From positions 150,906 through 214,905 of the forward strand of contig JAKLIO010000001.1 of the NCBI GenBank assembly GCA_022709565.1: DNA of 64,000 nt, given 5' to 3'. The translations under genes and the position numbers were made by a program. The notes below the pieces were generated by a model. It worked only from the letters and a program-made list of their open reading frames with translations. It was not told the DNA's origin and ran no database searches. Below, piece after piece: positions 24,644-34,744 of this stretch. The DNA is from Patescibacteria group bacterium (lineage in GTDB: Bacteria; Patescibacteriota; Minisyncoccia; Moranbacterales; GWC2-37-73). The first letter of the stretch is position 1. The number at the start of each line of letters is the position of its first letter.

Positions 24644-26170
24644 TTAACGTGCATATTCTACACTTCTGGTCTCCCTAAGTACATTTACCTTTATTTCTCC
24701 AGGATATTTCAGGTCTTGTTCAATTTTATCGGCAATTTCGCGAGCCAGTTTGAGCGCGCCTAAATCGTCAATATCTTCCGGCTTAACAAAGACACGAATT
24801 TCCCTTCCTGCTTGAATTGCGTAGGTTTTTTCCACTCCAGAGAATGAATTAGCGGTGGCTTCCAATTCTTCCAAGCGTTTGAGATATTTTTCAATCGTAT
24901 CTTTTCTGGCACCTGGACGGCTGGCAGAAATCGCATCGGCCGCGGCAATAATAAAAGATTCCGGCGTTTCAAAAGGATAATCTTCGTGATGGGATTTTAC
25001 GGCATCAATAACTTCTTTCGGCATCTTGAATTTTTCCAATATTTTCATGCCGATTTCTATGTGTGTTCCCTGAATTTCATGATCAACAGCTTTGCCAATA
25101 TCGTGCAAGAGGCCGGCTTTTTTGGCTACTGCAACATCTGCGCCCAATTCTGCGGCTAAAGCGCCGGAAAGATGTGCGACTTCCAAAGAATGGAGCAAAA
25201 CATTTTGCCCAAAACTGGTTCTATATCTTAATCTGCCCAAAAGATAAACTAATTTCGGATCAAGTCCGGCAATTCCCAAATCATAAGTAGCCGCTTCGCC
25301 GGCTTCTTTAATTTTGTTGTCAATTTCTTTTTTCGCAAATTCCACCGCGTCTTCAATGCGGGTTGGATGAATGCGGCCATCGCCAATCAGTTTTTCCAGC
25401 GCTATTCTGGCAATTTCGCGCCGTACCGGGTCAAAACCGGAAATAACCACTGCTTCCGGCGTATCATCAACAATAATTTCAACTCCGGTCAGTTTTTCCA
25501 GAACCTTAATGTTGCGTCCTTCACGCCCGATAATTCGGCCCTTTACTTCATCCGAAGGAATAGACACAGTTGTGGTGACCACTTCCGCCGCATGCGATCC
25601 GGCATATTTCTGAATAATGCTGGTCATAAGAGTCTTGGCTCTTTTTTCTATTTCTTCAACTCCCTCCTTCTCAATTTTGGCAATATGCTTAGCAATTGCA
25701 TCGCGATTTTCTTCTTCTGTCAGTTGAAGCAATATGTTTTTGGCTTGTTCCTTGGAAAGTCCGGCGATTTTTTCCAGTCTTTCAAGTTCTTTTTTCCTAG
25801 CTTCTTCCGACTCTTTTCTAATTTTCCTGACTTCTTCGGCTTTTTGTTCCAATATTTTACGGCCCTGTTCTAATTCTTCTGTTTTCTTGTCCAGAGCTAT
25901 TTCTCTTTTTTCCAGCCTTTGTTCATTGCGGATTATTTGATCTTCCCGCTCTTTTTCCGTTTTTTTGGCTTCTTCTAAAATTTCAACTGCTTTGTTTTTC
26001 GCGTCTAAAATTGTTTCTTGAGACTTTTTCTCAACATCTTCCATCATTTTTTCGATTTTACCTTCCGCTGTGTCCAGACGATTCTTGGCAATCGATTGCC
26101 TAACAATATAACCAACAAAAAAACCGACCGCAATTCCTATGGCAGCACCTAAAATAATTACTGTTATCAT
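24644..26170 (-). CDS. rny: ribonuclease Y
   Basis: N-terminal TM helix, coiled coil, KH domain (GRIIGREGRNIK) and HD domain (LLHDIGKA). Confidence 0.95.
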   Translation of the reverse strand: MITVIILGAAIGIAVGFFVGYIVRQSIAKNRLDTAEGKIEKMMEDVEKKSQETILDAKNKAVEILEEAKKTEKEREDQIIRNEQRLEKREIALDKKTEELEQGRKILEQKAEEVRKIRKESEEARKKELERLEKIAGLSKEQAKNILLQLTEEENRDAIAKHIAKIEKEGVEEIEKRAKTLMTSIIQKYAGSHAAEVVTTTVSIPSDEVKGRIIGREGRNIKVLEKLTGVEIIVDDTPEAVVISGFDPVRREIARIALEKLIGDGRIHPTRIEDAVEFAKKEIDNKIKEAGEAATYDLGIAGLDPKLVYLLGRLRYRTSFGQNVLLHSLEVAHLSGALAAELGADVAVAKKAGLLHDIGKAVDHEIQGTHIEIGMKILEKFKMPKEVIDAVKSHHEDYPFETPESFIIAAADAISASRPGARKDTIEKYLKRLEELEATANSFSGVEKTYAIQAGREIRVFVKPEDIDDLGALKLAREIADKIEQDLKYPGEIKVNVLRETRSVEYAR

Positions 26171-26450
26171 ACATTTTCATTCCGATATGAATGAAACGCA
26201 ATACAACATCAAAGCGAGCGCTCTGCGCCCTTACGACCGAATGCAAATATATAGTATTCCTGAAGTAAAAATAGACTTCATATAATATGCAAAACCGTGT
26301 AAATAAGCCTTTTCTGTATTGCCAATCAATTCCAATCGGTTAATTTATAATTTTATTTCCATAACAATCTTACCGTGAAACTAAAATTTTGTCAAAATAC
26401 TTTAAAAATGGTAGGATAGTTACAGTTAACAAAATTCATTTTTAAACAAT

Positions 26451-28016
26451 ATGTATAAACCAGTAGTCCTTGTTGTTCTCGACGGGTGGGGCATCAGCAA
26501 TAATAGCCGGGGAAATGTTTTAAAAGAAACTGAGCTTCCGACTATTGCCAAACTAGATGCTAATTATCCAATGACAACCTTGCAAGCCTCGGGTGTTTCC
26601 GTCGGCCTTTTTTGGGGCGAACCGGGAAATAGCGAAGTCGGCCACATGGCGCTTGGAGCCGGAAAAATAATCTATCAGAATTTGCCGCGCATAACTTTGT
26701 CGATCCAAGACAGATCATTTTTTGAAAACAAAGTTCTGATTGATTCAATGAAAAATGTTAAGGAAAAAAATTCGGCTTTTCATATCATGGGCCTTGTTAG
26801 TCAGGGCAGCGTGCATTCTTATTTGGAACATATTTATGCCATTTTGGAAATGGCCAAAGAACAAGGTCTCGGCGAAGTCTATATTCACGCTTTTATGGAT
26901 GGCCGCGATTCGCCGCCTACGTCAGGATTAAATGCTCTTGAAAGTATACATGAACATATTAAAGGGATTGGCATTGGAAAAATTGTCTCTCTTTGCGGAA
27001 GAAATTGGGCTATGGATAGAAACAATAACTGGGATCGCGTTGAAAAAGCCTACCGGATGCTCACGGAGGGTAAAGGTGAAAAATTTTCTGATCCAAAAAA
27101 ATGCTTGGATGATTCTTACGCCAAAGAAATAACTGATGAATATGTTGAGCCTTCAATCATAACGGATGAAAATGGCGCAGCTACGATCATTAAAGATGAG
27201 GATGCTGTTCTCTTTTTCAATTTCCGTGAAGATCGCGCCCGTGAACTGACCAAAGCTTTTGTCTCGCCTGATTTTGACGGTTTTCAGCGTACTCCCTTAA
27301 AGCTAGATTTTATTACCATGGTTGAATATGAAACAAATCTGCCGGTAAGCATAGTTTTTCCGCCTATAAAAATGGAAGGTGGACTCGGGAAGACACTTAG
27401 TGATTGCAAATGCATTCAACTACGAATTGCCGAAACAGAAAAATATGCCCATGTGACCTATTTCTTTAATGGCGGCAAAGAAGATCCTTGGCCAAATGAA
27501 GACAGAATGCTGGTTCCTTCGCCTGCGGTTTCCAAGTTTGATGAAGCACCAGAAATGAGCGCTTCTCAAATAACCGAAAAACTTCTGGAGGTTATAGAGC
27601 AAGAAAAATATGACGTTATTGTTGTTAACTATGCCAACGCTGACATGGTAGGCCATACAGCCAATAGAGAAGCCTGCATCGTGGCTGTGCAAGCTATCGA
27701 CAAAAATCTTTCTCAACTTATTCCGGCGGTTTTGCAAAAAGGCGGTTGCCTTTTGATAACAGCCGACCACGGAAACATTGAAGATATCCAGAATTTTCAT
27801 ACGGGAGAAAAAAATACGGAACACACTTCCAATCCGGTTCCGCTCTGGTTTGTTACTCCGACAAATCATCGCGAAAAGGCTGCTGAAGAAATCGTCCGCC
27901 AGCAAAATGAAGTCAGCGGACTGCTGAGCGACATTGCTCCAACAATTCTCGATTTATTGGGCATCGATAAGCCAGCCGACATGAACGGAGAAAGTCTGAT
28001 GCCGATGTTGCAATAA
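26451..28016 (+). CDS. gpmI: 2,3-bisphosphoglycerate-independent phosphoglycerate mutase
   Basis: LVVLDGWG, GNSEVGHMALGAG, FMDGRDSPP and ADHGN motifs; 521 aa. Confidence 0.95.
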   Translation: MYKPVVLVVLDGWGISNNSRGNVLKETELPTIAKLDANYPMTTLQASGVSVGLFWGEPGNSEVGHMALGAGKIIYQNLPRITLSIQDRSFFENKVLIDSMKNVKEKNSAFHIMGLVSQGSVHSYLEHIYAILEMAKEQGLGEVYIHAFMDGRDSPPTSGLNALESIHEHIKGIGIGKIVSLCGRNWAMDRNNNWDRVEKAYRMLTEGKGEKFSDPKKCLDDSYAKEITDEYVEPSIITDENGAATIIKDEDAVLFFNFREDRARELTKAFVSPDFDGFQRTPLKLDFITMVEYETNLPVSIVFPPIKMEGGLGKTLSDCKCIQLRIAETEKYAHVTYFFNGGKEDPWPNEDRMLVPSPAVSKFDEAPEMSASQITEKLLEVIEQEKYDVIVVNYANADMVGHTANREACIVAVQAIDKNLSQLIPAVLQKGGCLLITADHGNIEDIQNFHTGEKNTEHTSNPVPLWFVTPTNHREKAAEEIVRQQNEVSGLLSDIAPTILDLLGIDKPADMNGESLMPMLQ

Positions 28017-28145
28017 ACAGCTTCTTGGGCATCAGCTTTTTAGAAAATACGAGAATTAAAAAACTCAGCCGTGAAGCTGAGTTTTTTGTAAATCTGAATT
28101 TATATATTGCATTTATACTGGAAGTTATGATATGACAGCTGAGAG

Positions 28146-28730
28146 CTAACCTATCACTTTATCCGCGATGCCATATTTTACTGCTTCCTGAGCGCTCATA
28201 AAATAATCTCGATCAGTGTCATTTTCCACTTTGGAAATTTTTTGACCGGTATGTTTAGCCAGAATTTGGTTTAACGTGACTTTGGTTTTGATAATATGTT
28301 TGGCATGAATATCAATATCACTGGCTTGGCCTTGCGCTCCGCCCATAACCTGATGAATCATAACTTCCGCATTCGGCAAAACAAAACGCTTGCCTTTTTT
28401 TCCGGCTGCCAAAAGCAATGACGCGGCTGAGGCAGCCAGACCCACACAAATCGTCTGCACGTCAGCGCGCACATATTGCATCGTGTCATAGATTGCCAGG
28501 GCACTGCTCACCACTCCGCCTGGAGAATTTATATATAATTTTATATCTTCTTTAGAATTTTGCTGATCCAAAAAAAGGAGTTGAGCGATAATCGCATTGG
28601 CCACGCCGTCATCAATAGTGGTGCCCAGAAAAATTATTCTGTCCTTGAGCAAACGAGAATAAATGTCATACGCCCGCTCGCCGTAGTTGGTTTTTTCGAT
28701 AACGGTAGGAATGAGATATTGATTATCCAT
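28146..28730 (-). CDS. clpP: ATP-dependent Clp protease proteolytic subunit
   Basis: [22 protein letters not shown], active-site context [11 protein letters not shown]; 194 aa. Confidence 0.95.
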   Translation of the reverse strand: MDNQYLIPTVIEKTNYGERAYDIYSRLLKDRIIFLGTTIDDGVANAIIAQLLFLDQQNSKEDIKLYINSPGGVVSSALAIYDTMQYVRADVQTICVGLAASAASLLLAAGKKGKRFVLPNAEVMIHQVMGGAQGQASDIDIHAKHIIKTKVTLNQILAKHTGQKISKVENDTDRDYFMSAQEAVKYGIADKVIG

Positions 28731-28849
28731 AAATTTAATTTTAAGTTTTAAATTATAAATTTTAAATGAATTTTTAATTTTCCAATGAAAAAATTTTTAA
28801 AATTTAATCATTAAGATTTGATTTAAAATTTAAAATTTGTTATTTAAAA
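28731..28849. repeat. AT-rich intergenic element family member
   Basis: ..TTTTAAATGAATTTTTAATTTTCCAATGAAAAAATTTTTAAAATTTAATCATTAAGATTTGATTTAAAATTTAAAATTTG.. Confidence 0.6.
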
Positions 28850-30151
28850 TTATTGTATCCCTTCCAGCATCTCCAACACTTTTTCATTCTGCATCATGCC
28901 TTTGACATAATTATACAATCTAGCCAGATCAATATTCTTTTCCACGTCTTTGATTTTTTTGTATTGCGCCAAAGTCTTGTTCATCTCTGCCTCTACTTCT
29001 TCGCTTTTAATTTCAATTTCTTTCTCTTTGGCAACTTCTTCCAGAACTAACGCCGCCTTAACGCGTTTTTCAGCCTGTGGTTCCCATTCTTTTTCCAAAT
29101 CATCAATGGATTTGCCAATCTGTTTCATATATTGATCAAAAGTCATTCCCATGCCGCTGAGTTGCACTTCAAATTCTCCAATCATTTTGTGCAATTCTTC
29201 GTGAATCAGCACCTCCGGCAGCTCAACTTGGAGATGTTCAATAAGCGCATCAATAATTTCTACTCGGTGTTTTTCTTTTGATTCATGCTTTTTTTCTTTT
29301 TCCATGCCTTCAGCAACGCTTTTGCGCAAATCTTCCAAGTTTTTAAATTTTTCTCCCAAAGATCTGGCAAATTCATCGGAAACTTCCGGTGATTTTCTCT
29401 CTTGCACTTCATTCACAGTGACTGTAAATTGTGCCGGATTGCCCGCTAAACTTTTTTCATGATAATCTTTGGGAAAAATCAATTCAAAATCTTTGGTTTC
29501 GCCCGCTTTCATGCCGACCACCTGCTCTTCAAATCCTGGAATAAAAACCCCGCGTCCCAAAATTAAAGGATGATTTTTGCTCGAACCGTTTTCAATCGGC
29601 ACGCCGTCTCTTTTGACTCCAAAATCTAAAATAACATTATCTCCGTCCTTAGCTTCCCGATCCACTTTAACATGCTGCACCCGACTCTTGGCAATGTTTT
29701 CCAATTCTTTTTCAATTTCTTCTTTGGAAACTTCAACTTTTTTCTTGGCATATCCCTTGTTGATTTTTTCAATCGCGCTTTTCCAAGGTTTCAGGGTAAC
29801 TTCCGGAATGACCGCGCACACTGCTTTATATTCCAGTTCATTGCCTTCCGCCAATTTCAAAATCTCCGCTTTTGGCGCGCCAATCGCATCAATCTTATTT
29901 TCTGTTATGATTTTTGGATATGTTCCCTGCACGGCTTTCTGCGCAGCTGCTTCCAAAAGAGCGCCTTTGCCAACTTTTTGCTCAACCATGTCTTTCGGAG
30001 CCTTGCCTGGACGAAAACCTTCAATTTTTATTTCTTTGGAATAATCAGCCACTGCTTGGTCGATATATTTTTTCCATTCATCCCAAGAAACACTGACTTT
30101 AATTTCAAGTTGCGAATTTGGAAGTTTTTTAATCTCTGAATTTATAGCCAT
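28850..30151 (-). CDS. tig: trigger factor
   Basis: GFRPGKAP ribosome-binding signature, central FKBP-like region and helical C-terminal arm; 433 aa. Confidence 0.9.
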   Translation of the reverse strand: MAINSEIKKLPNSQLEIKVSVSWDEWKKYIDQAVADYSKEIKIEGFRPGKAPKDMVEQKVGKGALLEAAAQKAVQGTYPKIITENKIDAIGAPKAEILKLAEGNELEYKAVCAVIPEVTLKPWKSAIEKINKGYAKKKVEVSKEEIEKELENIAKSRVQHVKVDREAKDGDNVILDFGVKRDGVPIENGSSKNHPLILGRGVFIPGFEEQVVGMKAGETKDFELIFPKDYHEKSLAGNPAQFTVTVNEVQERKSPEVSDEFARSLGEKFKNLEDLRKSVAEGMEKEKKHESKEKHRVEIIDALIEHLQVELPEVLIHEELHKMIGEFEVQLSGMGMTFDQYMKQIGKSIDDLEKEWEPQAEKRVKAALVLEEVAKEKEIEIKSEEVEAEMNKTLAQYKKIKDVEKNIDLARLYNYVKGMMQNEKVLEMLEGIQ

Positions 30152-30234
30152 AGTAAATTATTTTTAAAAATATTATTTTCTTATAAATTTTCGAACCTAT
30201 TTCGTAAGAGCAAATTTTTTTGATTAGAATAATG

Positions 30235-30330
30235 GCCGAAAATATTGTTTTTGCGGCTTCCGCATGAATGCGCTGCGAACCAGGTTTGCAGTGCATGAAT
30301 GAAAGGCAAGCAAAAAACAATATTTTCGGC
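30235..30330. repeat. long palindromic element with GC-rich core
   Basis: Arms GCCGAAAATATTGTTTTTGC / GCAAAAAACAATATTTTCGGC enclose a core with the direct repeat GCATGAATG x2. Lies between tig and hppA. Confidence 0.7.
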
Positions 30331-30404
30331 AATACATATTCAGCTATACTCCGAAGTAAATAGGCGATGAAAACTTACGAGTTTTTTAATTTGCCTAATG
30401 TAAA

Positions 30405-32414
30405 TTAGATAATAAATCCGGCAATCAGAAGAGCCACTATGTTCATGATTTTAATCATCGGATTGATCGCAGGTCCGGCTGTGTCTTTGTACGGATCACC
30501 GACTGTGTCTCCCGTCACCGCTGCTTGATGAGCGAAAGAACCTTTGCCGCCGTATTGTCCGTCTTCGATATATTTCTTAGCATTGTCCCATGCGCCTCCG
30601 CCGGATGTCATAGAAATCGCTAGGAATATTCCGGTAACTATTGAACCAACCAATAATCCACCCAGAGCTTCCGGTCCAAGAATCTTGCCTACAAGAATCG
30701 GAGCTATAACCGGGATAATCGCCGGCACAATCATTTCTTTGAGAGCCGCCTTAGTCACAATATCAACACAGGTAGAATAATCAGGCTTTCCGGTTCCTTC
30801 CATGATACCTTTGATTTCACGAAATTGGCGACGTACTTCTTCAACCACTGATCCGGCAGCTTTGGAAACTGCGCGCATGCTGATGGAAGAAAATAAATAT
30901 GGAATCATGCCTCCAATCAAAAGTCCCACCAAAACGTTCACGTCGCTTAAATCAAACTTTATTGAAGAGCCCTTATCCATTAGTTCTTGCGCATATGACG
31001 CAAAAAGGACAACGGCTGCGAGTCCCGCAGAAGCGATAGCATAACCCTTAGTTACAGCCTTTGTCGTGTTCCCAACAGAATCCAAAGCATCAGTCACTTT
31101 TCTGATCTCCGGTCCCAGTTCTGACATTTCAGCAATACCGCCGGCGTTGTCAGTCACCGGTCCAAATGAATCGATAGCCACAATAATTCCCGCCATGGAA
31201 AGCATGCTCATTGCAGCCACGGCTACGCCGTAGAGGCCTGCTAATGAAAATGCGGCTATAATACCAGCGACAATAATCACGATTGGCAGAGCGGTGGCTT
31301 CCATACCCATAGCCAAGCCCATAATCACATTTGTTCCGTGTCCGGATTTTGAAGCTTTGGCAATTTCTTTAACCGGACGATAGCTTTTGGAAGTGTAATA
31401 TTCCGTAATTATAACCATGCCGGCTGTCACGATGATTCCAATAACCGCTGTCAGATATATATTAGTAAAACTATATAGTCCATTTCCCACCATCAAAGCT
31501 TTTGTCACTGGATAGAATCCAATGAGCGCAAAAACTGAAGAAGCGATAAGTCCTTTGTACAAAGCTCCCATAATTTTGTCGCCGTTGTCCTTGTCTTTGT
31601 CGCTAAGGCGCACAAAGTATATTCCCAAAACTGAAGCGATGATAGAAACTGCTCCGATAGCCAGCGGGAAAACTATTGCATTTCCGAAATTTGCAAACAT
31701 TAATGAGCCCAAAATCATGGCGGCAATCGCAGTCACCGCGTATGTTTCAAAAAGATCAGCGGCCATTCCCGCACAATCACCGACATTGTCTCCGACATTG
31801 TCAGCAATTACAGCTGGATTTCTTGGATCATCTTCCGGAATTCCGGCTTCAACTTTTCCCACTAAGTCAGCGCCAACATCAGCGGCTTTAGTGAAAATTC
31901 CTCCGCCCAGTCTGGCAAAAACGCTAATTAAACTGCCTCCAAATCCAACTCCGATTAGGGCCTTAATATCACCCTCTGTAAATAAATAGAAGCCCGCAAC
32001 TACTAAAAGACCCAAACCAATAACCAAAAGACCTGTCACTGCGCCAGCCTTAAAAGCCACGTTCAAAGCCTTTCTGAGCCCTGATTTGGCCGCCTGCGCT
32101 GTGCGCACATTGGCCTGCACTGAAACATTCATTCCGATGTAACCTGCTAAAGCAGAGGCAATAGCGCCAATTAAAAATCCGACGCTGGCATTAGGCCCAA
32201 GCGTAAAATAAAGCACTGCTGCTACAACCACAGCTACGTAAGCTACGGTCTTGTACTGGCGATTTAAGAATGCCTTGGCTCCTTCTTTGATGGCAGCCGC
32301 AATTTCAACCATTTTTCCTTCACCAGCTGGCATATTTTTTACTTTCCAGCTCAGATACAGGGCGAATGCGATTGACAAGAGCGCCGCGCCGATTGCATAA
32401 ACTTCTACTGACAT
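30405..32414 (-). CDS. hppA: membrane-bound proton-translocating pyrophosphatase (K+-independent type)
   Basis: About 15 TM helices, [19 protein letters not shown], and [10 protein letters not shown]. Lys at the A/K position is reported to mark K+-independent enzymes. Confidence 0.95.
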   Translation of the reverse strand: MSVEVYAIGAALLSIAFALYLSWKVKNMPAGEGKMVEIAAAIKEGAKAFLNRQYKTVAYVAVVVAAVLYFTLGPNASVGFLIGAIASALAGYIGMNVSVQANVRTAQAAKSGLRKALNVAFKAGAVTGLLVIGLGLLVVAGFYLFTEGDIKALIGVGFGGSLISVFARLGGGIFTKAADVGADLVGKVEAGIPEDDPRNPAVIADNVGDNVGDCAGMAADLFETYAVTAIAAMILGSLMFANFGNAIVFPLAIGAVSIIASVLGIYFVRLSDKDKDNGDKIMGALYKGLIASSVFALIGFYPVTKALMVGNGLYSFTNIYLTAVIGIIVTAGMVIITEYYTSKSYRPVKEIAKASKSGHGTNVIMGLAMGMEATALPIVIIVAGIIAAFSLAGLYGVAVAAMSMLSMAGIIVAIDSFGPVTDNAGGIAEMSELGPEIRKVTDALDSVGNTTKAVTKGYAIASAGLAAVVLFASYAQELMDKGSSIKFDLSDVNVLVGLLIGGMIPYLFSSISMRAVSKAAGSVVEEVRRQFREIKGIMEGTGKPDYSTCVDIVTKAALKEMIVPAIIPVIAPILVGKILGPEALGGLLVGSIVTGIFLAISMTSGGGAWDNAKKYIEDGQYGGKGSFAHQAAVTGDTVGDPYKDTAGPAINPMIKIMNIVALLIAGFII

Positions 32415-32511
32415 ACTTTTTTTCCTCGCCTATTCTTTCTTTGATCAAAACATCTAAGAAAAAATAAACTGGATGCTTTTAAAAATTATAAATTAATTTT
32501 GTTATTGCAAT

Positions 32512-33738
32512 TTATTCTTCTTCCTTAACTTCTTCTGTCTCCCCTTCAACTTCTTCTACTTCTTCTTTTTTTGTTTCAATTGCCGCTCCAAGCACATCTA
32601 TTTTCCAACCGGTTAGTTTCGCCGCCAAGCGCACATTCTGTCCTTGCTTGCCGATAGCCAGCGACAGTTGATCCTCGGGCACAGTAACCTTAGCTTCCCT
32701 GCGTTCTTCATCCAAAGAAACGGAAATAACTTTAGCCGGACTGATTGCTGAAGCAATAAATTTTTCCGGTTTTTCATTCCATTCAATTATATCAATTTTT
32801 TCGCCTCCTAATTCTTCAATCACGGCTTGCACGCGAATTCCTTTTTGTCCCACGCATGATCCGATCGGATCAACTCCTTCTTCATTTGAAACAATGGCCA
32901 TTTTCGTGCGCGATCCGGCTTCACGGGAAATTGATTTTATTTCCACAGTGCCGGAAAATATTTCCGGAACTTCCAATTCAAAAAGTTTTTTCACCATATC
33001 CGGATGTGTGCGGCTCAGTGTTATGCCAGGACCCTTAGGATCGGATTCGACTTTGTATAAATACACTTTGACCCGCTGGCCAATTTTCAGCATTTCTCCC
33101 TGAATCTGTTCGGATGGAAACAGAACTCCGACTGATTTTCCGAGATCTATATACACATTTCTGCCTTCAATTCTTTGGACTGCTCCGCTCACCACTTCGC
33201 CTTCTTTGCCTTTATATTCGGCAAACATTGAATCGCGTTCCGCCTCTCTGATTCTTTGAATTATAACCTGTTTGGCGGTTTGAGCGGCTACTCGTCCATA
33301 TTCGCTTTGCGATGGAAGTTCAATTTCAATCACATCTCCGACTTTGGCGCCTTTTTTTATTTTTTTTGCCTCTGCCAGAAGCATATCTCTTTCCGGATTG
33401 TAGCGTGGCATTTTTTCCTCGCCTTCAACTGTTTCTACGATTTCTTCCTCAACTGCAGCTTCTTCCTCGGAAACAAATTCCCTGATTGTTTCATCCACAA
33501 CATCTTTCAAGAGAAAGAATTTGGCGCTGCCATCGACATCGTTAAAATCAGCCCGAATGCGCTGTCCTCTTTTTCCATAGTCTTTTTTGTACGCAGCCGC
33601 CAGAGCCGCTTCAATAGTTTCAATGACGACATTTTTTGGAATGCCTTTTTCTTCGGCAATTTGCATGATGGCACTTCCAAATTCGCCCAACCTCCCGCTT
33701 TGACTCACTTCATCAACTTGTTTTTTCTTACGTGGCAT
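32512..33738 (-). CDS. nusA: transcription termination/antitermination factor NusA
   Basis: S1 domain and two KH domains (GPGITLSRTHP, CVGQKGIRVQAV, AIGKQGQNVRLA), plus an acidic C-terminal tail. Confidence 0.95.
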   Translation of the reverse strand: MPRKKKQVDEVSQSGRLGEFGSAIMQIAEEKGIPKNVVIETIEAALAAAYKKDYGKRGQRIRADFNDVDGSAKFFLLKDVVDETIREFVSEEEAAVEEEIVETVEGEEKMPRYNPERDMLLAEAKKIKKGAKVGDVIEIELPSQSEYGRVAAQTAKQVIIQRIREAERDSMFAEYKGKEGEVVSGAVQRIEGRNVYIDLGKSVGVLFPSEQIQGEMLKIGQRVKVYLYKVESDPKGPGITLSRTHPDMVKKLFELEVPEIFSGTVEIKSISREAGSRTKMAIVSNEEGVDPIGSCVGQKGIRVQAVIEELGGEKIDIIEWNEKPEKFIASAISPAKVISVSLDEERREAKVTVPEDQLSLAIGKQGQNVRLAAKLTGWKIDVLGAAIETKKEEVEEVEGETEEVKEEE

Positions 33739-33780
33739 ATTTTTTATTATAAAAGTTAAATTATTAAAAATGTCCTATTT

Positions 33781-33808
33781 AAAGAAAAAAGTTCGCACTC
33801 GTGCGAAC
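33781..33808 (-). terminator. intrinsic terminator inside the nusA leader (candidate attenuator)
   Basis: Minus strand reads GTTCGCACgaGTGCGAAC followed by TTTTTTCTTT. It lies about 25 nt after the predicted start of transcription and 43 nt before the nusA ATG. Confidence 0.6.
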
Positions 33809-33837
33809 CCCGTTACCACCCATAACTGTCTAGAGTT

Positions 33838-33866
33838 ATGTTAGCAAATTTCTTTTTTGGTGTCAA
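33838..33866 (-). promoter_or_regulatory. sigma70-like promoter upstream of nusA
   Basis: Minus strand TTGACA (33866-33861), 17-nt spacer, TAACAT (33843-33838). Confidence 0.55.
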
Positions 33867-33963
33867 TCTGGCATTAATTTCTTCTATATTAAAAAATAGC
33901 CAGAAATAGATGTGCAAAAAAATATTAAACACACTATATCTGATTTATGCTTAAATACGCAAT

Positions 33964-33985
33964 AAACGACCCACTGGGGTCGTTT
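33964..33985 (-). terminator. terminator after the pilin operon
   Basis: AAACGACCCactgGGGTCGTTT palindrome directly downstream of the stop at 34010, followed by T-rich sequence on the minus strand. Confidence 0.6.
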
Positions 33986-34009
33986 ATTGTTTTACATGCA
34001 TGTAAATCT

Positions 34010-34360
34010 CTAGAAATTGCCTTCAGTGTTCAACATTGCCTTAACTGCCTGAATTATAACAACCCCCGCAAGAGCTACAATGACTCCAACAATAGCATAA
34101 ACCATAGCCTTTTTACCTTTGTCAATCTGCTCCTGATCTCCAGCCGCAGTCAAATAGATAATGCCCGCTATCACGAAACCAATAACTCCCAATATACCAA
34201 CAATAATCAGTAGCCAGTTCATAGCACCCGTAAGAATGCCGACGACTGTTCCGTTTGGAAGATTAGTTCCGGATGGAGTTGTAAATTGTGCTCCTGCCGC
34301 AAAAGGCATAACCATAATATAGGCAGCGAACCCGTATGCAGTTTTCTTAATAATATTCAT
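34010..34360 (-). CDS. VirB2/TrbC-like T4SS pilin-family protein
   Basis: SD GGAGGTG 5 nt before the ATG at 34360. Signal-like N-terminus ending AAGA, then two TM helices joined by the loop LTAAGDQEQIDKGKKA. Same architecture as the other pilin paralogues in this window. Confidence 0.6.
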   Translation of the reverse strand: MNIIKKTAYGFAAYIMVMPFAAGAQFTTPSGTNLPNGTVVGILTGAMNWLLIIVGILGVIGFVIAGIIYLTAAGDQEQIDKGKKAMVYAIVGVIVALAGVVIIQAVKAMLNTEGNF

Positions 34361-34442
34361 AACCACACCTCCTTTCTTAATTTATAATTTATTTATTTTA
34401 TTTCCTTGATTCTGATTAATCTACTAATGCTTTGCGGAATTT

Positions 34443-34718
34443 TTAGCTTAAAAAATTGCTGATTGTTTTAACGATAATCAGACCGCTCAGCGCCATAACA
34501 ATTCCGATTATTGCGTATTTCGTGCTGTCTTTGGCAATTTGTATTTTTTTTTCATCTCCGGCAGAAAAAAAATAAAGCGCTCCGGAAATAGCTAGCATTA
34601 TTATAGCAATTATTCCAACGATTGACAACAAAAAATTGAGAGTGTTGGCTAAAATATCTTTGAAAGATGTTGCATCGGAAATGGTTCCTGCATGGGCAAT
34701 TTCAATTAAGTGTAACAT
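34443..34718 (-). CDS. VirB2/TrbC-like T4SS pilin-family protein (short N-terminus)
   Basis: Two TM helices with the loop FSAGDEKKIQIAKDS. ATG at 34718 (TTG at 34724 is the alternative). Confidence 0.55.
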   Translation of the reverse strand: MLHLIEIAHAGTISDATSFKDILANTLNFLLSIVGIIAIIMLAISGALYFFSAGDEKKIQIAKDSTKYAIIGIVMALSGLIIVKTISNFLS

Positions 34719-34744
34719 AAACAAAAAAAATTAATTTTACACGG

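Noticed and set aside
30129-30332. 67-aa minus-strand ORF between tig and hppA.
   Set aside because: It is made of the long palindromic element 30235-30330 and shows no coding signal.
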